Assembly: GCF_001194135.2 (NCBI RefSeq)
Contig: NC_068983.1
Span: 76,126,321-76,190,320 of the forward strand
Direction of reading: 5' to 3'
Origin: Octopus bimaculoides
Lineage: Eukaryota
Length of the DNA stretch: 64,000 nt
Numbering within the stretch: the first letter of the stretch is position 1; each line of letters opens with the position of its first letter. Both the position numbers and the translations under genes were made by a program. The notes under the pieces are model-generated. The model ran no database searches and was not told where the DNA came from. It saw nothing but the letters and a program-made list of their open reading frames with translations. Below are positions 55,388-64,000 of this stretch, piece by piece.

Positions 55388-55719
55388 TATATTTTCGAAG
55401 AAGTCATAATTTAAGTTCGAATTAATTCGAACACTACTATGCATTTTGTATACTGAGCTTATATATTTCCATCTACAGATTGTATATACAGTGTTCGCAA
55501 ATTAGCGATATCACTTGCACACGTTATTGTCTAACTGCGTTGCTTGCAATCAACAGAGCCCACGTGAAAGTCTGATATTTCTAATAAAACTTTATTTATT
55601 TAACTATGTTTTTCAATAGACTCTGCTGAGCTATCTTAATTTTTCATTTCTTCGGGTTTTGTCAAATTGTAAAAATAATTTGTGAACATCCTATTAATGC
55701 ATGCATCTTCTATTTTTAT

Positions 55720-56092
55720 GGTAAGTAGCTTGCTTACCAACCACATGGTTCCAGGTTCATTCCCACTGCGTGGCACCTTGGGCAAGTGTCTTCTACTATA
55801 GCCTCGGGCCGACCAAAGCATTGTGAGTAGATTTGGTAGACGGAAACTGAAAGAAGCCTGTCGTATATATGTATATGTATGTATGTGTGTTTGTGTGTCT
55901 GTGTTTGACCCCCAACATCGCTTGAGAACCGATGCTGGTATGTTTACGTCCCCGTAACCTAGCAGTTCCGCAAAAGAGACCAATAGAATAAGTACTAGGC
56001 TTACAAAGAATAAGTCCTGGGGTCGATTTGCTCGACTAAAGGTGGTGCTCCAGCATGGCCGCAGTCAATTGACTGAAACACGTAAAAGAGAG
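55720..56092 (+). mobile_element. Near full-length tRNA-derived SINE (family 2) with CR1-group-like 3' tail
   Basis: Head ggttccaggttcattccc, central gtggcaccttgggcaagtgtcttctactatagcc, internal (TA/TG)n, tail gtgctccagcatggccgcagtcaattgactgaaac resembling the LINE end at 9288-9321. Confidence 0.9.
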
Positions 56093-56329
56093 AATCTTCC
56101 ATTGAGGAGGGAACCGGTTTCCAACAAAGATTCTAGGCTCCATCTTTGGGATGTAGTTAACAAAAAAATTCACATTTGGAACTTGAGAAAATACTTCCAT
56201 ATTTTTGCGCATATATTTCTTATAGTATCTACAAATATCTATGTATATCTATGTATGCAGTTCTTTGACAATCTCTATTAGTTTCATAATCCCTGATTCT
56301 TGACAATCCCTGTTGATCTGTTTATATCC

Positions 56330-56490
56330 ACGTAACTCACCGATTCGGCAAAACAGATCGTTACAATGGGTAGCAGGCTCATAAACATGAACTCAAAAAC
56401 ATGGACACTGGGGTCGATGCATTCGATCAAAGCCTTCAAGACGATGTTTCAATATGGTAGCAGTCTAATGATAGACAAGAAAAAGAACGA
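56330..56490 (+). mobile_element. Old SINE family-2 3' fragment
   Basis: cgtaactcaccgattcggcaaaacagatcg...ggggtcgatgcattcga matches 55950-56040 degenerately. Confidence 0.55.
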
Positions 56491-57061
56491 TACTTTTGGT
56501 ATATATATTTGAAATTCTTTTATCGAGAAACTAATTTCGCTTCTTTGATCTTAAATATTATTTTCTATTTGTGTCATTTTAAGTTATGCATTTCTCAGAT
56601 ACCCATTAACCTTACCACATACACAAACAACGTTGTGTGTGAGCACGACGCGCAACTTAGCTTCCTAAGACTACCTGTGAAATTAATCAATCGTTATTCA
56701 TACACAGTTCGTTTAAAATTTTCTTCTTCTTTATCTCTCTCATGAAAGTAACTAGCAGGTGTATTGATTGCCCTTTTATTAAATGTTGAGCTGCTGTTGG
56801 AAAGTGAACAATAAAGCATGTGTTGCTAGTTGCAATAATTGCAATTTGGAAAAGTGGTGTTATTGACAAAATATTCTAAATTGACTTGAATCCGTAAAAA
56901 TTTTACTCGATAATTACCAGTAATTAAATCACTCCTTCAGAAAAATCTTCTCTATATTTTCTCTTCGTTATATCCTAGCCACCAAAAATATTTTGCATAA
57001 ACAAATTCTCAACAGCCATTACGTTCTCTTAACTTTATTGATTATCGTGATTATCAAATAA

Positions 57062-57110
<49 letters not shown>

Positions 57111-57139
57111 TGTAACAGTGCATGTGTGTGTGTATGCAT

Positions 57140-57182
<43 letters not shown>

Positions 57183-57493
57183 GTATATCGTTTACCCCTT
57201 TCTGGCAACACTTCAAATATAAAATTCTTCACTAAAGGTGGAAACTGATGCTGTCCAATAATGGAATCAATTTACAAACATTATTTTGGACCACCAAGCC
57301 CACCAGAAACACCTGTTGGACTCGTCAAACTTATTCAACGCCTTTAATTCCTGATATCGTTTCTATTCTGTGTAAGTTGGACCTTTTTATTAGTAATATT
57401 TGATATTTTTTTATATCGACTTGCCTAACCGGCTTTATTCCTATATATATGTATATGTACACATGTGTGTATGTATAGGTGTATACACACACA

Positions 57494-57546
<53 letters not shown>

Positions 57547-57609
57547 ACACACACATATATATATATATATACATATATGTGTGTGTGTGTGTGCGCGCTC
57601 GTATGTCTG

Positions 57610-57661
<52 letters not shown>

Positions 57662-58149
57662 CCTAAATTATTCAGGTGGCTATTCACAATTTNNNNNNNN
57701 NNNNNNNNNNNNNNNNNNNNNNNNNNNNNNNNNNNNNNNNNNNNNNNNNNNNNNNNNNNNNNNNNNNNNNNNNNNNNNNNNNNNNNNNNNNNNNNNNNNN
57801 NNNNNNNNNNNNNNNNNNNNNNNNNNNNNNNNNNNNNNNNNNNNNNNNNNNNNNNNNNNNNNNNNNNNNNNNNNNNNNNNNNNNNNNNNNNNNNNNNNNN
57901 NNNNNNNNNNNNNNNNNNNNNNNNNNNNNNNNNNNNNNNNNNNNNNNNNNNNNNNNNNNNNNNNNNNNNNNNNNNNNNNNNNNNNNNNNNNNNNNNNNNN
58001 NNNNNNNNNNNNNNNNNNNNNNNNNNNNNNNNNNNNNNNNNNNNNNNNNNNNNNNNNNNNNNNNNNNNNNNNNNNNNNNNNNNNNNNNNAGTTAAAATAA
58101 TGGAATTTGGCTAACAGTGGTGCTCCGGATTTGTTGTCTGTGGATACAA

Positions 58150-59190
58150 CTACCTCTAAATTCGAGAGACAGTTATGGAGACGCGGTTTGATTCAGTTTT
58201 CGCGAATTCAGTATTGGGATACTTGGAACAAAACATATATAAAAGAAATTGAAGGGAACTACGACATGACCTTTAAAATACATATAGATGCCACGTGGAA
58301 GTGTTGCGTCGATTATTGTTTCTTAATTTGGATCAAATCACTAGAAAATCTGGAAGAATTCAGCACCCTTTTCAGCAGTTTACACCCCAGTCTCAAATTC
58401 ACAAGAGAAATGAACAACACACAATTACCATTTCTTGACATAATGCTAATTAAAACAGCACCACAATCACAACTGATATTTATTACAAAACCACAGATAT
58501 ATACCATACCTAAATTTCAAATCATGCCACCCAACACACACAAAACGCAACATCCCGTGCTGTCTAGCCAGGAAAATTTGTACTATAGCCGATGATCCAA
58601 ATACCAGAAACACAAGACTCAAAGGATTTCTACTCAAGCAAAATTACTGTCTCATACTTACAGAAAATAGCATACAGCATACAAAAGAGATACCTATAGA
58701 ACAACTTAGGGCAACACGAAAAAGACGAACCCATCAACGGAACACAATACCATTTCTAGTAACATACAATCCGCATCACCAAAGCATTCTAAATATCATC
58801 AAAACAAATTTGCCAATCCTAAATCATAGTGAAAAATAAAAAAAAACATAATAACTAATCAAATACTTATCTTAAGGAAACGGCAACCACATAACCTAAA
58901 GAAACTATTAACAAAGGCAAAATTCAACATGAACAAACAGGATAAAATATTCATTGTATCCAAGTGTAATGATAACAGATGTGGAACGTGTCAGTACATG
59001 CATAGGGGTAGATCCCTTAGAACAAAAAAAAAATGGACAGAATTTCGCAAATACAGATATGAACTGCAAAAGCAGAAATTTGATCTGCCCGAATTGCGAG
59101 GAACTATATATATAGGTGAGACAGGGAATGCATTATCAGAACGCTCACGTGTCCACAGACAACGAATCCGGAACAACAATGTTCGCTAAA
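58150..59190 (+). mobile_element. Penelope-like element (RT C-terminal half plus GIY-YIG endonuclease), decayed
   Basis: QTVMETRFDSVFANSVLGYLE (GTAMG..AP.YAN..MG.LE-like), WKCCVDYCFLIW (YVDD decayed), LHPSLKFTRE..QLPFLDIML, PFLVTYNP, KCNDNRCGTC, LYIGETGNALSERSRVHRQRI. Confidence 0.9.
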
Positions 59191-59218
59191 TTCCATTGAG
59201 CAAGTATATTTTGACATG

Positions 59219-59258
<40 letters not shown>

Positions 59259-59878
59259 CATGTATATATATATATANNNNNNNNNNNNNNNNNNNNNNNN
59301 NNNNNNNNNNNNNNNNNNNNNNNNNNNNNNNNNNNNNNNNNNNNNNNNNNNNNNNNNNNNNNNNNNNNNNNNNNNNNNNNNNNNNNNNNNNNNNNNNNNN
59401 NNNNNNNNNNNNNNNNNNNNNNNNNTATATATATCCGAAGGTGTCTTGAAAACGTCCTACAAGAACCCACAAAATAAGTTTCTGATACAGTACCTAATTG
59501 AAAATATGCACCGGAGGATCCCATTGATATTTTTGAATATACTACTACAGTCACTCTAAGGCATTATTTACAGAAACATCACCCTCATAAACGCCATAAT
59601 AGTGTATATATACGAGATATTATCTAATGTGGTTGATTCTCTCATGGTCTTTTACATAGCACTGATTAAATTTTTAAAACCCAATATTTATGACTGTTCC
59701 ACGCCTGAAATTAAAACCTGAAAAAACAAATTAGTCTGATAGGGATTGCTGAGAGACCGAAACAATCAGTATTAATTCTTCACATTACATTCTCTGACTC
59801 CTCTAAACACAAAAGGCACAATATATTTATATGGCGTGTACATACGAGTGTGTGTGCATGTATGTGTGCAAGCATGCA

Positions 59879-59967
<89 letters not shown>

Positions 59968-60263
59968 TTCTCTCTCTCTCTCTCTCCATATTTTTAAGAG
60001 GTCATAGGCCAACAGGTTTTGGGGATCTGAAGATACGTCTTGAAGCTAATCCCTATATGGACGGGAGATCTAACGTAATACCATAAGCCGGACTTCCCCA
60101 TTTTAAATACATACTGCGCTACATCTTAGAGTCTGCTTCTTCTTTCGGATTCATGATTTTTACAAATGATATATATATATNNNNNNNNNNNNNNNNNNNN
60201 NNNNNNNNNNNNNNNNNNNNNNNNNNNNNNNNNNNNNNNNNNNNNNNNNNNNNNNNNNNNNNN

Positions 60264-60319
<56 letters not shown>

Positions 60320-60746
60320 GCGTGTGTGTGTGTGTAGACACGCACACATACACACACACATGCACGCTCACACACGCACGCACACACACATACACACATT
60401 TAACATTTTCTATCTAATTGTGGTTTGAAGGACATATTCTTATACACCGTGTCAATTATCACGAATCGGCGTTTAACAAGAGAGTCATTTATGTCGCAGT
60501 TGTGGAACAGGCTGCAAATATTCAGGAATATTTATTTGACTGAACCCATATAAAGTTATACTTTACAATACGTATTGAAAACTTTTTCTGTTATTTATAT
60601 TGGAAGAACTTATATANNNNNNNNNNNNNNNNNNNNNNNNNNNNNNNNNNNNNNTATATATATATATGGCGATAACTATTAATTTCCAGTACCGCTGCCG
60701 TAGTCTCCTTTAGAGAGACTTAGAAATATTAATAACTCTCTCTCTG

Positions 60747-60778
<32 letters not shown>

Positions 60779-63031
60779 CATAGATACCTTTACAAAACAC
60801 ATATAGTCGTACGTTGGTATCCGTGTTCGCATGTGTTGAAACTAGTATTGCAAGCCTATGCACAACGGTTTGTAAAACTAGCTTTTTTTTCTGAAGTGAT
60901 AGTAATGGTCAGTAACTGGAACGACGTTAATTGAAGATAACTGTTTCAGATATGGCATATCACATCGTTTATGATATTAAGCCATATTTACTGCCCCAAT
61001 CATGCTAAACGTTTTTCTTTCAAATTCATTAGATAAAGTTTGAGCATTTGACGATATATTTTTTTATGACTTGATATTGTAGTGAGTTTGAAGACATAGT
61101 GGTGCTTCACTATGAGACAGAGATCACAATGTTTGGCACTTTTCTAATACTGATACTTTGATGATGAATTGTCAGTATTAATACAAATAATATTTCTTTT
61201 GTGCTGTGAATTTCCAAACAAATGTCAAAGCACCATATAATTTCCCAAATAGAGTTGACAGGATATGCTGTTGTAATATAATGGAGACTATTTGAAGATC
61301 ATTGATCTGTAAGTTATCTGCCGCTAATCGAGGTATTTTTGACGTAATGTCGTTATTTTGATGTTTGGCACTAGTTCAGCCCTGACCTATAAGAGTTAAG
61401 ATTACAGTAGTTCCAGATGCGAAAAGCTATCGTTTTATTTATTTAAGTGTACATTCAAGGGTTGATATAAGAAGTACCATTCGCATATGGTACAGCTTGA
61501 GAAAGATTTAAATGCTATCTCTTACTGTTCAATGCTATCTCTTACAGGGTATGCTTGGTAATTATGTATATACAAAGTAAAATACTATGTCCTTAGTCTC
61601 GCAGTAAAATTGGTTGTGTCACTTTTCGGTGAGTCTTATGCACCGCAGTGTATTTAAAATTTCTTCAGGGAACGCATACTGTTACCTCAGACGGTACCGA
61701 ATGTACATACTATAATACATATCGATATGACTGTATATATATTTATACATCATCTGTAAGGTCGTCGCTTGTCTACCATTATGAGTTGTACATCAGTGTA
61801 TGTGTGGGGATATTTTTAATTAAGAGTCCAATATTTAGAGTCGTTTCTAGCCACTGGGAAATAGAGGGATAATGAAACTTGTCGGTTGGAGACTCCATCC
61901 AAGTCTCCAAGAAGGACGTTATGGGGCCTAATTTTACTCATTTTAACGACACATGTCTGTTAAACATTGTATATATATATTTCTTTATAATAACGTTGCA
62001 CTGATACTCGAGTAAATATAGTATAACTGTTATCTAAACTATGATATAAGGTATAATTTTAAAGGAAACTTATCGTTTATTGTAAGCCATTGCTGTTATA
62101 TGGAAAATTGCAGTAGATTGTATTCAAATTGTGTATGCTCATGCCTTGATTCTACGTTGTTGATAATATAACTGCCTAAATGTTACTGGTAAGTGTTACG
62201 CGAACTCTGAATATTTAAGAATAGAATCTGCTTATAGGGTTTTCCTCATGCAACTGATATTTTTCTTTGTTAACGAAATACATGTAAGATGATGCAGGCC
62301 TTTTTGCTTTACTTTGCTTTTTCTATTTGCACCCTATAATACATCTAAATACGGAGACAAATCGAAAGAAACTCGGACTGTTACTTGTCATTCTCGCCGT
62401 TTTCATTTTTGGTATATACGGTACGAACACACATGGAGTTCTAATCACTAGTTATTTTAACATACAGTTTAAATCTAAATTGCGTTTTATAATTACTCAT
62501 AAGCATGAACCACCGTGCATATAGGCATGCATTATTTTAAGATGTTGAAGTGAATGATAATTAAGATGGTAGAGAAGCAGCTCATTATAAGTAGTATACA
62601 ATTTCCCATCATACACGTTAGTGAGATTTTAATTTTCCTGTTATTATCTTTCCATCAATGTTTAATGTTGACATAGAGAACAGTAAACTTTGCTGGTAGA
62701 AAATGAAAAGAATTAAAAAAAAGTATATACTAAAATATTCTGTTTGTGAATTTTCTGAAATTTGAATTTTTCGTCATTAAATATTGATTTTTTTCATTCA
62801 AAAGATTATTCTAAAGTAACAGTTTTTACTATCTTAATGATTGAGACGCAGCATATACATACATGCATACTTACATACATACACACGCATACATACATAC
62901 ATACACACGCATACATACATACATACAATCATACATACATACATACATGCATGTATGTATTTATATATATATATATATATGTGTATGAGCGTACATACAA
63001 AAATATATACGAATATATATGTATATGTATA

Positions 63032-63111
<80 letters not shown>

Positions 63112-63380
63112 TATGCATATTTAAATATGGCATGCACACACAATCATTTATGTATTCTCTCTGTGTACATTAAGTTGATAAATGTAACGTGTGTGTGTAT
63201 ATGTGTGCCTGTGTGTGTGTATATATATGTGTGTGCCTCTGTGTGTGTGTGTGCGTGTGTATGTGTCTCTATGTGTGTGCGCGTGCAATGATTATTGAAT
63301 AGGTGACCTCACCCTTCAAAGAGTGAAATTTCATGTGATGTGAATGTGATAACCTGAGCATAAAATGTGAATAATGAGGG

Positions 63381-63383
<3 letters not shown>

Positions 63384-63453
<70 letters not shown>

Positions 63454-63505
63454 TAATAATAATAATGATAATAATGATAATAATAAATAATAATAATAAT
63501 GATAA
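63384..63505. repeat. (AAT)n microsatellite
   Basis: Direct observation. Confidence 0.95.
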
Positions 63506-64000
63506 AAATAATAATTCCTACAACAACAAGTAAGGCAACAATAACGTTACTGAACACTAGTTCTGATATCATCTCCATATCTCTCTATTTTCGGCAACCT
63601 CTCCAACGCTGAATTCGCTTCTATCCCTTCTTCCTTTCTCTCCTTCTGTCTCTCTCTGTCTCTCTCTGTCTCTCTCTCTGTCTCTCTGTCTCTCTCTCTC
63701 TCTCTCACTCATTCTCGCATTCCCTTTCCAAGTCGCTCTAATATGGTTCCTAATTTCTCCTTTTTTTTTATCCTGTTTCTCTAAATTACATCTTTTTGTC
63801 TTTTTTTTTAAATGTTCTCTCTATTTTCTCTGATTTACGCTTATCCATCTACCTCACACACATTGGAAGACAGTCACCTTTTACGTCTATCTTTCTTCAT
63901 TCCTCTCTCCTTCCTTTATTCGTTCATTTCTGCTTATCTACTGCCTCTCAATCACTTCTACATTTCTCACACGCATACATTTATATATAATTATATATAT

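Noticed and set aside
61512-61546. 15 bp direct repeat aatgctatctcttac (similar short duplications near 24235, 32015, 35315 and 51295)
   Set aside because: Ordinary slippage duplications with no further structure.
62357-62411. Signal-anchor-like segment RKKLGLLLVILAVFIFG with a GT donor
   Set aside because: Weak GAG acceptor and no adjoining exons; insufficient support.

Overview
Eukaryotic, AT-rich, microsatellite-saturated draft-assembly DNA with about 17 N-gaps, nearly all next to (TA)n, (CT)n or (CA)n tracts. The SINE families and repeat texture point to a coleoid cephalopod, most likely Octopus (inference, no search run). There is no prokaryotic gene, operon or CRISPR array, and no rRNA or true tRNA gene; most entries in the ORF track are microsatellite or N-gap artefacts. 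Well-supported content is decayed mobile DNA: a CR1-group LINE (EN+RT, minus, ~9.3-12.1 kb), two stacked R4/Dong RLE-LINE 3' fragments with (AAT)n tails (31.4-33.9 kb), two Tx1-clade LINE fragments each preceded by (CTAT)n (40.5-42.0 kb), a mariner transposase remnant (48.2-48.8 kb), a Penelope-like RT+GIY-YIG element (58.1-59.2 kb), two MITEs, a ~920 bp foldback (2.45-3.37 kb) and about three tRNA-type SINE families in many copies. The most interesting signals are SINE-LINE relationships visible inside the window: one SINE subfamily carries a 3' tail matching the Tx1 3' end and sits inside another copy of its own family, and another SINE shares the CR1-group 3' stem-loop with compensatory changes. 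No host gene could be recognised; two hand-assembled, phase-consistent chains of short exons (one per strand) are reported at low confidence only.
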